Shown piece after piece: positions 36,540-46,119 of a stretch of 64,000 nt of DNA; position 1 is the stretch's first letter, and each line of letters begins with the position of its first letter. The notes beneath the pieces were generated by a model that worked only from the letters and a program-made list of their open reading frames with translations, did no database searches and had not been told where the DNA came from. Source of the stretch: Eubacteriales bacterium (lineage in GTDB: Bacteria > Bacillota > Clostridia > Oscillospirales > QAKW01); contig JAZQJG010000034.1 of NCBI GenBank assembly GCA_045541535.1, forward strand, positions 13,780-77,779, given 5' to 3'. Both the position numbers and the translations under genes were made by a program.

Positions 36540-37101
36540 TCACCCCGGTGTTTGGGAAGAGTCGGAAAACGACCTTACCCAAAACTCTCTCGATCTTTGC
36601 AACGCCGATTTCGGTGGAACGGCTGTCAAGAGATTCCAGCCGATTGTCACCCATCACAAACAGTTCTCCCTCTTGCACGGTATACGGCATAGCAGTAGGA
36701 GCATAGGGGTGATGGTAGGTGATTTGGTGCGCATCAAGATACGGCTCCTCGATCACAGCCCCGTTAACGCTCACCTTTCCTTCTTCGGTAATGTCAACTA
36801 CGTCACCGGCCGTACCAATCACGCGTTTAACCAGCACTTCACCGTCATTGTATTTGCCGGAAAAGATAATCACGTCTCCGGCATCGGGCTGACCAAAGAG
36901 ATTGGTGGCCACCAATCTGTCACCGTCAATCAGCGTACTCTCCATCGAAGGCCCTTTTACAACAAATATGCGAAACAAAAGGGTGAACGCAAGAATAACG
37001 ATCACGATTGCCATCGCAAAGGATTCCAACAATTCATACAGTTCACGCCAGATGGAATTCTGTTTTTCAGTCTTCTTATTTTCCATAGTTTCCTCCGTCA
37101 A
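36523..37101 (-). CDS. lepB: signal peptidase I
   Basis: 192 aa. GPSMESTL (catalytic Ser), KRVIG (Lys) and GDNRLESLDSR boxes. Confidence 0.88.
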   Translation of the reverse strand: MTEETMENKKTEKQNSIWRELYELLESFAMAIVIVILAFTLLFRIFVVKGPSMESTLIDGDRLVATNLFGQPDAGDVIIFSGKYNDGEVLVKRVIGTAGDVVDITEEGKVSVNGAVIEEPYLDAHQITYHHPYAPTAMPYTVQEGELFVMGDNRLESLDSRSTEIGVAKIERVLGKVVFRLFPNTGVIDDGE

Positions 37102-37754
37102 TTGTATGCTGCCGCAATGTTCTGCAGTGTGTTGCGAGATTGCTTAATTTGAGGATATCTGCTGTCTCCTGTTTCAATCTGCTCACCGGTACGCAAACCG
37201 AAATACAACGGTTCCTCCCGATCCTCAAAGCCCAGCACACCTTCAAAAAATCCGGCGTCCGATGCATTGAAACGATGCGATTCAGCAAACACGTTATTGG
37301 TAACAATACCGTCTAACTGTTCAAAAATTTCCACCTTGGCATCCTTGAGCGCCTGATAGTTTTCATCATCAAATATATAAAACAGCGCCGGTCCCGAAGC
37401 GATCTGACCCACCAATCTGGAAAGAGTCGCCTCCTGACTACGGTCGGTGCGTTCCAAAACCTCAGAAAACGAGATGGTGATGATCTGCACCCGTTTTTCT
37501 CCGTCACCGTCTAAATCTTCCACGTACTGCTCCATTTTTTTAGCAAGTTCTTCATTGGATTCGGTTGAATAAGCACCGTTAATCATATACAGCACGTAGA
37601 GATCAACGCTTTCGCGTTTCAGGCAGCTATGTACACCCACCAGAATGATGCAGATGATCAAAACGGCAGACAACACTTTTAGTTTGTGATAATACCAAAA
37701 ATTTTCCAACTTTTTAGTAAAAGTCATCGGTTCTTTTGAGGTGTATTTTTCCAT
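37098..37754 (-). CDS. hypothetical membrane-anchored protein (first gene of the lepB operon)
   Basis: ORF 37098..37796. Start placed at ATG 37754 (GGGGAGG RBS). One TM helix then a ~160-aa acidic domain. The stop overlaps the lepB start. Confidence 0.55.
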   Translation of the reverse strand: MEKYTSKEPMTFTKKLENFWYYHKLKVLSAVLIICIILVGVHSCLKRESVDLYVLYMINGAYSTESNEELAKKMEQYVEDLDGDGEKRVQIITISFSEVLERTDRSQEATLSRLVGQIASGPALFYIFDDENYQALKDAKVEIFEQLDGIVTNNVFAESHRFNASDAGFFEGVLGFEDREEPLYFGLRTGEQIETGDSRYPQIKQSRNTLQNIAAAYN

Positions 37755-37852
37755 AATACCTCCCCTTTCTTTATCTTTATATTTTAGCAAAAACATATTT
37801 ATATTTCAAGCATTTAGAAAAAGAAAGAAAAAATTAATAATTAATATAAAAT

Positions 37853-37890
37853 CAAAAAAGTAAGCGGGGCCGTGATTTCATCACAGCCCC
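37853..37890 (-). terminator. intrinsic terminator after the 157-aa membrane protein gene
   Basis: GGGGCTGTGAT-gaa-ATCACGGCCCC (one mismatch), then CTTACTTTTTTGATTTT on the minus strand. Confidence 0.7.
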
Positions 37891-37905
37891 ACAAATATAT
37901 GATTG

Positions 37906-38379
37906 TTATTTGATATTCTTAAATTGCTCGTTGAGTTTTTTAGCCAAACGTTCAGAGATTTGAGCGCAAGATTCTATATGTACCTTGCCGTCTGCAACAT
38001 AAAGCGTCATCGAATCGTTATTAGCCTTCAATCCCTTAATGTCATTGAAATTATAAACGGTCTTGTTGCCGAGAAACGTGGTGTATGCAAAGGTGTCTTC
38101 CGAAAGTACTTCTATCTTTTGATTTCTCCAGCACAGCAGCGCCAAAACGCCAAGCACCGCACAAGCGAAGGCGCCAAACAAAAATCCTACAGAAAAATCA
38201 ATGCAAGCCAGAATCGCCAAAACCACTGCGCCAAACAACAGCAAAACCGCAAATGCTAACAGCCAGATCGGCAAATACATATCCGCTCTTCCCTCTTCAT
38301 CGGAAAAGGCCTTGCCCAAAATCAATTCACCCAATTTAACCAACAATTTAACTTTCATATCTTTTTCCATCCAAATCAA
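37906..38379 (-). CDS. hypothetical membrane protein
   Basis: 157 aa. Two adjacent TM helices then a ~70-aa soluble tail. Start uncertain (TTG 38379, ATG 38370 or 38358). Has its own promoter and terminator. Confidence 0.5.
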   Translation of the reverse strand: MIWMEKDMKVKLLVKLGELILGKAFSDEEGRADMYLPIWLLAFAVLLLFGAVVLAILACIDFSVGFLFGAFACAVLGVLALLCWRNQKIEVLSEDTFAYTTFLGNKTVYNFNDIKGLKANNDSMTLYVADGKVHIESCAQISERLAKKLNEQFKNIK

Positions 38380-38436
38380 ATAATTTGCTTCTCTGCCATG
38401 AACTTCCCGAAAACACCAAACGGATCAGTTGCTATT

Positions 38437-38465
38437 ATTGTACCATAGTTATTTCTCTTTTTCAA
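38437..38465 (-). promoter_or_regulatory. candidate sigma-A promoter for the 157-aa membrane protein gene
   Basis: Minus strand: TTGAAA (38465-38460), 17-nt spacer, TACAAT (38442-38437). Confidence 0.4.
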
Positions 38466-38578
38466 CAAGCAATATTGAAACCCACAACGGACTATGGAAA
38501 TTCCATAGTCCGTTTGTTTTTAGTAAAACTGTGGTAAGAAGATTTGGAAAGTGCTTATATCTTCTTATAACTTGTTAT

Positions 38579-40072
38579 TTAGTCCAGAGGCTTCATTGTG
38601 GGGAAAAGAATAACTTCACGAATGGTGTCGGTGCCGGTTAAGAGCATAACCGTTCTGTCAACGCCGATACCCATACCGCCTGTGGGGGGCATACCGTATT
38701 GCAGAGCGTTGAGAAAATCTTCATCCAGCATCTCGGTTTCGTCATCTCCACGTTCTCTGAGTTCCAGTTGCTTCTCAAATCTTTCACGCTGAACGATGGG
38801 ATCGTTCAACTCAGAATACGCATTGGCAAGCTCGCTGTGGCAAACAAATAGTTCAAAACGCTCGGTAAGGCGAGGATCAACCGGGCTGGCCTTGGTCAGA
38901 GGAGAAACTTCCACGGGGTACATAGTGATAAAGGTGGGTTGAATCAGTTTTTCTTCAACACGCTGGTCAAAGCAGGCATACAAAGCGTTGCCCCAGGTCT
39001 TATCAGCAGTTTCGGCCAGTTCAACACCAATAGCTTCAGCGGCGGCAACCGCTTCGGCATCGTCGGTGATGGCGCCGAAATCAATACCGGCGTACTCTTT
39101 GACGGCATCTACCATCGTGAGTCTGCGCCAGCCGGGGGTAAGATCGATCTTCTCTCCCATCCACTCTACTTCATAGGTGCCCAAAATTTCTTTTGCAGCG
39201 CCGGAAATGATGCCCTCAGCGATATCCATCATATCATGGAAATCAGCATAGGCCTGATAGAGCTCAATAGTGGTAAACTCGGGATTATGCTTGGGGTCCA
39301 TACCTTCGTTACGGAAGATGCGACCAATCTCATAAACGCGGTCCAAACCGCCCACAATCAATCGCTTGAGGGGCAACTCGGTGGCGATACGCATATACAT
39401 ATCCAGATCCAGCGTATTATGATGGGTAACAAAAGGACGGGCAGAGGCACCACCCGCAATGGTATTCAATACAGGAGTTTCTACCTCAATATAATTCATA
39501 TCATCCAGATACTTGCGCATAAATTTGATGAACTTGGAACGGATGACAAAATTACGCTTTACCTCAGGGTTGACAATCAGATCAACGTAACGCTGACGAT
39601 AGCGGGTGTCAGTGTCCTTAAGGCCGTGAAATTTTTCAGGGAGAGGCAGTAGAGATTTGGACAGCAATTCAATGTGCTCACAATGAATGGAAATCTCTCC
39701 GGTTTTGGTGGTAAACACCACGCCCTTGATACCAATAATGTCGCCGATATCCCATTTTTTGAATGCGGCGTAAACGTCCTCACCTACGTCGTCGCGACGG
39801 ACATATAACTGAATATCACCCTCCGCATCGCGAAGGCCGACAAAGCTGGCTTTACCCATAATACGGCGGGACATAATACGACCGCCCAAAGAAACGGATT
39901 TATTCTCAAACTGTTCGTAATTCTCTTTGATCGTAGTGGAATAAGCATCCACGTCATATTTGGTTTTTAAAAAGGGATCCTCTCCGGCCTCCCGCAGAGC
40001 GGTCAGCTTATCTCTGCGAATCTGCAGAATTTCACTGAGGGACAGTTCTTCTTGTTGATTTTGATAACCCAT
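38579..40072 (-). CDS. lysS: lysine--tRNA ligase (class II)
   Basis: 497 aa. OB anticodon-binding domain plus class II motifs (...FRNEG..., ...GGMGIGVDRTVMLL...). Confidence 0.95.
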   Translation of the reverse strand: MGYQNQQEELSLSEILQIRRDKLTALREAGEDPFLKTKYDVDAYSTTIKENYEQFENKSVSLGGRIMSRRIMGKASFVGLRDAEGDIQLYVRRDDVGEDVYAAFKKWDIGDIIGIKGVVFTTKTGEISIHCEHIELLSKSLLPLPEKFHGLKDTDTRYRQRYVDLIVNPEVKRNFVIRSKFIKFMRKYLDDMNYIEVETPVLNTIAGGASARPFVTHHNTLDLDMYMRIATELPLKRLIVGGLDRVYEIGRIFRNEGMDPKHNPEFTTIELYQAYADFHDMMDIAEGIISGAAKEILGTYEVEWMGEKIDLTPGWRRLTMVDAVKEYAGIDFGAITDDAEAVAAAEAIGVELAETADKTWGNALYACFDQRVEEKLIQPTFITMYPVEVSPLTKASPVDPRLTERFELFVCHSELANAYSELNDPIVQRERFEKQLELRERGDDETEMLDEDFLNALQYGMPPTGGMGIGVDRTVMLLTGTDTIREVILFPTMKPLD

Positions 40073-40093
40073 AATAGTTCTCCTTTAATTAAC

Positions 40094-40128
40094 AAAAAAT
40101 CCACGGTAACAGAAGATACCGTGGATTT
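40094..40128 (-). terminator. intrinsic terminator after greA (about 20 nt upstream of the lysS start)
   Basis: AATCCACGGTA-8 nt-TACCGTGGATT followed by TTTTTGTT on the minus strand. Confidence 0.75.
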
Positions 40129-40135
40129 TGTTGAA

Positions 40136-40615
40136 TTACTTCAAGATTTTTACGATCTTATATTCAATCTCACCGACGGGAGCTTCAACAACAACGGTGT
40201 TTCCTTCTTTTTTACCAAGAAGTGCGGCGCCCAAGGGGCTGTCATCGGAAATTTTGTTTTCGGTGGGATTGGCCTCTACGGAGCCAACGATCGTATAAGT
40301 CTCTTCTTCGTTGTATTCAACGTCCAACACGGAAACGGTGTTACCGAGTTTAACGGTGGCAGATTTGGAGGATCCGGTATCCTCTTCAACGATTACGACG
40401 TTTTTAAGAGTAACTTCCAGATCGGCAATTCTTGCCTCAACCTTTGCCTGCTCGTCCTTGGCCTCGTCATATTCACTGTTTTCGGACAAGTCACCATAGG
40501 AACGGGCGGTTTTGATTTTTTCAGCGATCTCCAGGCGTACACGGCTTTTCAAATCCAGGAGTTCAAGTTCAAGTTTTTCCTTACCTTCTTTGGTAAGTTT
40601 GATAATTTTTGCCAT
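40136..40615 (-). CDS. greA: transcription elongation factor GreA
   Basis: 159 aa. Coiled-coil N-terminus with YGDLSENSEYDEAK and a C-terminal FKBP-like domain. Confidence 0.93.
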   Translation of the reverse strand: MAKIIKLTKEGKEKLELELLDLKSRVRLEIAEKIKTARSYGDLSENSEYDEAKDEQAKVEARIADLEVTLKNVVIVEEDTGSSKSATVKLGNTVSVLDVEYNEEETYTIVGSVEANPTENKISDDSPLGAALLGKKEGNTVVVEAPVGEIEYKIVKILK

Positions 40616-40655
40616 GATAAACGCTCTCCTTTAACATTTTTGCATCTTTTTGAGA

Positions 40656-40702
40656 AAAAGATAAAAACACGCAAAGCGACCTTGATACCAAAGTCGCTTT
40701 GC
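40656..40702 (-). terminator. intrinsic terminator after tsf
   Basis: GCAAAGCGAC-12 nt-GTCGCTTTGC followed by GTGTTTTTATCTTTTT on the minus strand. Confidence 0.8.
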
Positions 40703-40712
40703 AGGAAAAATG

Positions 40713-41615
40713 TTATTTTGTCATGTTGGCAACTTCTTCAGCGAAGTTATCTTCTCTCTTCTGCAGACCCTCGCCTTTTTTGTAGCAAACAAACTTGACG
40801 ATCTTGATATCTGCGCCAACGGACTTAACATACTGCTCAACCGACATATCAGGATTCTTAACGTACTCCTGCTTCAGCAGGCAGTTCTCTTTGAAATACT
40901 TGTTGATCTTGCCGGAAACCATCTTCTCAATAACGTTTTCAGGTTTGTTGGCGCTCTTGGGATCGTTCTTGATCTGAGCGATCAAAATATTCTTCTCACT
41001 CTCAATTACCTCTGCAGGAACAGAAGCCTCGTCCAAATAAGCGGGAGACATAGCAACAACCTGCATACCCAGATTCTTACCCATATCAGCCATCTCTTCG
41101 GTAAATTCGGGAGCCTCAATCTGAATCAGACAAGCATCGCTGCCGCCACCGTGAACGTAGCTGCCGCAATTGCCTTCAATTCTCTCAAAACGACGGATGT
41201 TCATATTTTCGCCGATGGTCTGGATCTTCTCGATCAGCATCTCGGCAACGGTGTGCTCGTCGTCAAACTTGCACTCCTTCAGAGCTTCAACGTCAGCGGG
41301 GTTGGTCTCGGCAATAACCTTAGCAACGCCGTTAACAAAACTCATAAAGTTTTCGTTCTTAGCAACAAAGTCGGTTTCACTGTTTACTTCCAGAATAACG
41401 CTGACCTTGTTTGCATTATCAACGTAAGTGGTAACAACACCTTCAGCGGCAATACGGCTGGACTTCTTGGCGGCAGCAGCGAGACCCTTTTCTCTCAACA
41501 GCTCAATTGCCTTTGCCTCGTCACCGTTTGCTTCGGCCAAAGCTCTCTTACAATCCATCATACCGCAACCGGTCTTTTCACGCAGTGCGGCTACTTCTTT
41601 TGCACCAAATGCCAT
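40713..41615 (-). CDS. tsf: translation elongation factor Ts
   Basis: 300 aa. UBA-like N-terminus LREKTGCGMMDCKRAL. Directly downstream of rpsB. Confidence 0.95.
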   Translation of the reverse strand: MAFGAKEVAALREKTGCGMMDCKRALAEANGDEAKAIELLREKGLAAAAKKSSRIAAEGVVTTYVDNANKVSVILEVNSETDFVAKNENFMSFVNGVAKVIAETNPADVEALKECKFDDEHTVAEMLIEKIQTIGENMNIRRFERIEGNCGSYVHGGGSDACLIQIEAPEFTEEMADMGKNLGMQVVAMSPAYLDEASVPAEVIESEKNILIAQIKNDPKSANKPENVIEKMVSGKINKYFKENCLLKQEYVKNPDMSVEQYVKSVGADIKIVKFVCYKKGEGLQKREDNFAEEVANMTK

Positions 41616-41633
41616 AATTCTATACCTCCGATA

Positions 41634-42353
41634 TTATTCAGCGGCCTTCTCGGCTACGTCTTCTACCTGCTCGCCCTGATTACCTTCCAAAACGGCGCTT
41701 GCCAGAGTCTCGGCAATCAGCTTAACGGCACGGATAGCGTCATCATTACCGGGGATGGGATAATCGATCTCATCGGGATCACAGTTGGTGTCAACGATGG
41801 CAACAACGGGAATACCCAGATTTCTGGCCTCGGCAATAGCGATCTTTTCCTTCTTGGGGTCAACAACGAACATAGCGGCAGGCAGTTTGCCCATCTCTTT
41901 GATACCGCCGTAGTTCTTCTCCAGAATCTCCAGCTCGTGCTTGAGCTTCAGAACTTCCTTCTTGGGCAGCAAATCAAAAGTGCCGTCCTCACCCATCTTC
42001 TCAATCTGCTTAAGTCTCTGAATACTCTTGCGGATGGTCTTGAAGTTGGTCAGCATACCGCCGGGCCATCTTACGCTTACGTAATACTGACCGCAACGCT
42101 GTGCTTCGTCACGGATGGAATCCTGGGCCTGCTTCTTGGTACCTACGAACAGGACCTCGCCGCCCTCGGCTGCAACTTCCTTAATGAAGTTGTAAGCCTC
42201 TTCTACCTTCTTAACTGTCTTCTGAAGATCGATGATATGAATACCATTTCTCTCCGTGAAGATGTACTCCTCCATTTTGGGGTTCCATCTTCTGGTCTGA
42301 TGTCCAAAATGAACACCGGCCTCTAAAAGCTGCTTCATTGATACTACCGACAT
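41634..42353 (-). CDS. rpsB: 30S ribosomal protein S2
   Basis: 239 aa. [19 protein letters not shown] signature. Confidence 0.95.
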   Translation of the reverse strand: MSVVSMKQLLEAGVHFGHQTRRWNPKMEEYIFTERNGIHIIDLQKTVKKVEEAYNFIKEVAAEGGEVLFVGTKKQAQDSIRDEAQRCGQYYVSVRWPGGMLTNFKTIRKSIQRLKQIEKMGEDGTFDLLPKKEVLKLKHELEILEKNYGGIKEMGKLPAAMFVVDPKKEKIAIAEARNLGIPVVAIVDTNCDPDEIDYPIPGNDDAIRAVKLIAETLASAVLEGNQGEQVEDVAEKAAE

Positions 42354-42465
42354 TGTTATGTCCTCCTTTTAGTTTTTCATACCTCCGTATACCCGGTCGG
42401 AAACCTACCCAACTGCAAGCAGCAACTATGGGTCAAGGGCATACGTGTGTATTTTACGCTGAAAC

Positions 42466-42494
42466 ATTATAGCACGGATGTTTTGAAAATGCAA
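42466..42494 (-). promoter_or_regulatory. candidate sigma-A promoter of rpsB-tsf
   Basis: Minus strand: TTGCAT (42494-42489), 17-nt spacer, TATAAT (42471-42466). Predicts a ~105-nt leader before the rpsB ATG at 42353. Confidence 0.6.
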
Positions 42495-42499
42495 GACTT

Positions 42500-42534
42500 T
42501 TTTAAAAGAAAATCCGCAGAATGATCTGCGGATT
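42500..42534 (-). terminator. intrinsic terminator after the DivIVA-domain gene
   Basis: AATCCGCAGA-4 nt-TCTGCGGATT followed by TTCTTTTAAAAAA on the minus strand. Confidence 0.75.
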
Positions 42535-42546
42535 AATTCTCGTCAA

Positions 42547-43188
42547 TTATGCTTCAGGTTTTTCATCGGAAGAGGAACCGATCGTTGCCTCTACCTCTGT
42601 CTGAATTTCGGCAATCTTTTGCTCAAAAGCAGCCACCTGATCGGACACGTTATCAAGACTCACCTGGATTTCGCTTCGCACGTTCCCCACGTTTTGCAAC
42701 AGCAAAGAAAAGCTGGTGTTGAGCTGAGCAAACTCCATTTCCGCCTTGGCTTGCAACATCTGCGCCTTAGCCTTGGCATTTTCAACGATATCGTCGGCAT
42801 TGCGTCTGGCCTGAATCATCAGATCAGCCAAAGCATCCTTGCACTCATCATATTCCTTTGCCTTACGTTCCAGATCGCCAACGTCAGGTTGCTCGGCGTT
42901 GAGTGCTTGCAGTTCTGCCTCTTTGGCGGCTAACTTTTGTGCGTATTCTTCTTCCAGTTCCGCCTTGATCTGTACGCGAAGTGCCTCCATTTCCGTCTCA
43001 TCTGGGACGGAAGGCTGTTCTTCCATCGTCGCAAGTTCCTTTTTCAAACGGTCAATCTCCACGTCCTTGCTATCCAGATCATTCTTCAACAATTGCATCT
43101 GCTCGCTCAAATCCGCAATATAGGAAGTAACCTCTTCTTTTTTATAACCGCGCAACACGGTACTGAAAATTTCAGCCATTGTCAGCAC
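42547..43188 (-). CDS. DivIVA domain-containing coiled-coil protein
   Basis: 213 aa. N-terminal F..VLRGYKKEEV..Y motif followed by E/A/K/Q-rich coiled coil. Confidence 0.7.
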   Translation of the reverse strand: MLTMAEIFSTVLRGYKKEEVTSYIADLSEQMQLLKNDLDSKDVEIDRLKKELATMEEQPSVPDETEMEALRVQIKAELEEEYAQKLAAKEAELQALNAEQPDVGDLERKAKEYDECKDALADLMIQARRNADDIVENAKAKAQMLQAKAEMEFAQLNTSFSLLLQNVGNVRSEIQVSLDNVSDQVAAFEQKIAEIQTEVEATIGSSSDEKPEA

Positions 43189-43243
43189 TCCTTCTTAAAA
43201 ATCAATTCATTATAACACAGGAAAGGCGCTTTGTAAACCCAAA

Positions 43244-44335
43244 TTACTGCAACAGAATATCAGCAATCCGCTTGCATGCTTTACCGTCACCGTAAGGATT
43301 GGAAGCGTTGCTCATTTCATCATACATTTCTTTGTTTTCAAGCAACGCTTTAAAAGTATCGTATATCATTTCTTCAGTGGTGCCCACCAATTTCAGGGTG
43401 CCGGCAGCAATACCTTCCGGACGCTCAGTGGTATCACGCATTACCAAAACAGGTTTGCCGAGAGACGGTGCCTCTTCCTGGATACCGCCGCTATCCGTCA
43501 GAATCAGATGGGAACGAGCCATAAAGTTATGGAAATCCAACACGTCCAAAGGCTCAATGATATGAATTCGATCATCATCACCCAAAATCTCATTGGCAGT
43601 TTTACGCACGACTGGATTCATATGGATGGGATAAATTGCCTTCAGGTCGGGATGTTCGTCCATAATGCGACGAATGGCACGGAACATATGTTGCATAGGC
43701 TCACCCAAATTCTCTCTGCGGTGAGCGGTGATCAAAATCAATTTACTGTCTGCCGCCCACTCCAGTTCGGGATGGGTGTAATCTTCACGAACGGTAGTCT
43801 GCAAAGCATCAATTGCGGTATTACCGGTGACGTAAATGTCATCGGCATTCTTGCCCTCACGCAGCAAATTATCCTTGGAAATCTCGGTGGGCGCAAAGTG
43901 ATATTTGGTTACAATGCCCACCGCCTGGCGGTTAAATTCCTCAGGATAAGGAGAATAAATATTATAAGTACGCAGACCTGCCTCCACGTGACCCACGGGA
44001 ATCTGCATATAGAAACAAGCCAATGCCGTCACGAAAGTCGTGGAGGTATCACCGTGCACAAGCACAACGTCCGGTTTTACCTCCTCCAGAACTGCTTTAA
44101 TCTTTTCCAAAATGGAAACAGTGATATCAAACAGCGTCTGCTTATCTTTCATAATAGAAAGATCATAATCCGGCTGAACGTCAAAAGCCTGCAACACCTG
44201 ATTAAGCATTTCGCGATGTTGACCGGTGACACAAACGATGGTTTGCGCTTCTCTTCTCTTTTTCAGTTCATTGACCAGCGGACACATTTTAATTGCTTCC
44301 GGACGGGTGCCGAAAACCAACATAATCTTTTTCAT
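43244..44335 (-). CDS. wecB: UDP-N-acetylglucosamine 2-epimerase (non-hydrolysing)
   Basis: ORF 43244..44365. Start placed at ATG 44335 (AGGAG RBS), giving MKKIMLVFGTRPEAIKM.... Confidence 0.9.
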   Translation of the reverse strand: MKKIMLVFGTRPEAIKMCPLVNELKKRREAQTIVCVTGQHREMLNQVLQAFDVQPDYDLSIMKDKQTLFDITVSILEKIKAVLEEVKPDVVLVHGDTSTTFVTALACFYMQIPVGHVEAGLRTYNIYSPYPEEFNRQAVGIVTKYHFAPTEISKDNLLREGKNADDIYVTGNTAIDALQTTVREDYTHPELEWAADSKLILITAHRRENLGEPMQHMFRAIRRIMDEHPDLKAIYPIHMNPVVRKTANEILGDDDRIHIIEPLDVLDFHNFMARSHLILTDSGGIQEEAPSLGKPVLVMRDTTERPEGIAAGTLKLVGTTEEMIYDTFKALLENKEMYDEMSNASNPYGDGKACKRIADILLQ

Positions 44336-44394
44336 AACACAACTCCTGAAAAATTGATAATACAATTATAGCAAACATTTTCCATAAAAGCAAC

Positions 44395-44424
44395 AAAAAA
44401 AGAGAGTGCCCGAAGGCACTCTCT
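44395..44424 (-). terminator. intrinsic terminator after the NhaC-family transporter gene
   Basis: AGAGAGTGCC-cgaa-GGCACTCTCT, a perfect 10-bp stem, followed by TTTTTTGTTG on the minus strand. Confidence 0.85.
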
Positions 44425-44433
44425 CAAAAAGAA

Positions 44434-46107
44434 TTATTTTGCGCGTTTTTTCTGAATAAACAGAATGGCTGTAAGAACGGCAATCAACAGTACCAGAGAG
44501 CCGCCGAGAACGACGAAAACGTTCTGCACAAATCCGGATACCAGATAACCAATCAGGCAGATACCGGCCACCAGCATTGCATAAGGCAACTGAGTAGAAA
44601 CGTGGTCCACGTGCTTACACTGGGCACCGGTAGAAGACATAATGGTGGTGTCCGAAATGGGAGAACAGTGGTCACCGCAAACCGCACCGGCAAGACAGGC
44701 GGAAATGCAGATGATAAAGAGGGTGGACATATTGTCGGCAGTGGGATTGAACACACCGGTAACGATGGGAATCAAAATGCCGAAGGTGCCCCAAGAGGTA
44801 CCGGTTGCAAAGGAAAGACCCACAGCTACCAAGAACAGAATGGCAGGCAACAAAAGCTGCAGTGCCTTTACGGAATCAACAAGGTTGGCGACGTAAACGT
44901 CAGCGCCCAGCAGACCGGTGATATTCTTCAGAGTCCAGGCAAAGGTCAAGATCAAAATAGCAGGCACCATCGCCTTAAAACCTTCAGGAATAGCAGACAT
45001 ACAATCGTTGAAGGACAGTACGCGGCGGCACATCATATAAATCACAATGATGATCAAAGCAATCAGAGAACCGAGGGACAGACCGGCAGCGGCGTCACAA
45101 TTTGCAAAAGCATTGATGATATTCTCCCCGTTAAAGATGCCACCGGTATACAGCATACCCATAACGCAGAAGAAGATCAGAATAACAACGGGAAGTATCA
45201 AGTCAATAACCTTACCCTTGGTGCTGACAACGGTCTCGCTGGAATCTTTATATTCACTCTCACCGGTGGTAAACAGATCTCCGTTCTTGGCATTATCCTC
45301 AAAACGCTTCATAGGTCCAAAATCAAGGTTGGTCAAACAAACAAAAATGACCATAGCCAATGTCAGCAAAGCATACAAGTTGAACGGAATGGTGCGGATA
45401 AACAAACCGATGCCGTTAACCCCCTCTACTGTACCACTGATTGCGGCAGCCCAAGAAGAAATGGGGGCAATAATACAAATGGGAGCAGCAGTAGCATCAA
45501 TCAAATACGCCAGCTTTGCTCTGGAAATCCGATGCTTATCCGTAACAGGTCGCATAACGCTACCTACGGTCAGACAGTTGAAATAGTCATCTACAAAGAT
45601 CAAGACGCCCAGCAGGAACGTAGACAAGCCTGCGCCTTTTCGGCCGGCGATCTTTTGAGCGGCCCACTCGCCGTAAGCACGGCTACCGCCGGCACGATTC
45701 ATCAGCACAACGATAATACCCAATACAACCAAGAAGATCAGGATACCAACGTTGTAGCCATCGGCAAGGCTTGCAATGAAGCCCTTGGTCATAACCGCAT
45801 CAATCAAACGGGTATAGCCAAAACCGCCATCAGAAATACTGTACAAAACAGCACCGGACAAAACGCCGATAAAGAGAGATGAATATACCTCTTTGGTCAG
45901 CAAAGCCAGAATAATGGCGATCACAGGGGGCAACAAAGCCCAGAACGTTTGATAAAAAATACTGGGAGCCTCTGCAGCTTCCTCTGCTACCACGGCAACG
46001 TCTGCCGCAGCCTCAGTTCCCTCGGCAAAAGCAACAATACTGAATACCAGCATCATAGCCAGTACCAGCAAGAATACTCTTGCGAAGGATCGGTTCATCT
46101 TTTTCAT
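44434..46107 (-). CDS. NhaC-family (Na+/H+ antiporter superfamily) transporter, probable lysine transporter
   Basis: 557 aa, ~12 TM helices, NhaC-type topology. Preceded by a lysine riboswitch. Confidence 0.85.
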   Translation of the reverse strand: MKKMNRSFARVFLLVLAMMLVFSIVAFAEGTEAAADVAVVAEEAAEAPSIFYQTFWALLPPVIAIILALLTKEVYSSLFIGVLSGAVLYSISDGGFGYTRLIDAVMTKGFIASLADGYNVGILIFLVVLGIIVVLMNRAGGSRAYGEWAAQKIAGRKGAGLSTFLLGVLIFVDDYFNCLTVGSVMRPVTDKHRISRAKLAYLIDATAAPICIIAPISSWAAAISGTVEGVNGIGLFIRTIPFNLYALLTLAMVIFVCLTNLDFGPMKRFEDNAKNGDLFTTGESEYKDSSETVVSTKGKVIDLILPVVILIFFCVMGMLYTGGIFNGENIINAFANCDAAAGLSLGSLIALIIIVIYMMCRRVLSFNDCMSAIPEGFKAMVPAILILTFAWTLKNITGLLGADVYVANLVDSVKALQLLLPAILFLVAVGLSFATGTSWGTFGILIPIVTGVFNPTADNMSTLFIICISACLAGAVCGDHCSPISDTTIMSSTGAQCKHVDHVSTQLPYAMLVAGICLIGYLVSGFVQNVFVVLGGSLVLLIAVLTAILFIQKKRAK

Positions 46108-46119
46108 ACTCTACCTCCG

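Noticed and set aside
38429-38641. 70-aa plus-strand ORF and plus-oriented hairpin (AACGGACTATGG-aaatt-CCATAGTCCGTT plus TGTTTTT) in the lysS / 157-aa-gene spacer, considered as a small gene or sRNA
   Set aside because: The ORF runs into the antisense of lysS and has no RBS. The hairpin is most simply the lysS-side terminator region or a bidirectional structure. I see no promoter for a plus-strand transcript, so the sRNA idea is unsupported.
40073-40135. Possible T-box or leader upstream of lysS
   Set aside because: Only 63 nt separate greA from lysS, and a simple terminator hairpin fills most of it. That is far too short for a T-box (about 200 nt or more), and no specifier or T-box sequence is visible.
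40710-42326. 538-aa plus-strand ORF spanning tsf, the intergenic gap and rpsB
   Set aside because: It lies antisense to two unambiguous, highly conserved genes. It is stop-free only because of their codon bias, and its translation is Leu/Asn/Gly-rich nonsense.
44602-45882. 426-aa plus-strand ORF inside the NhaC-family gene
   Set aside because: It lies antisense to a clear 12-TM transporter frame. The product is hydrophilic, Gln/Asn/Gly-rich and has no start context.
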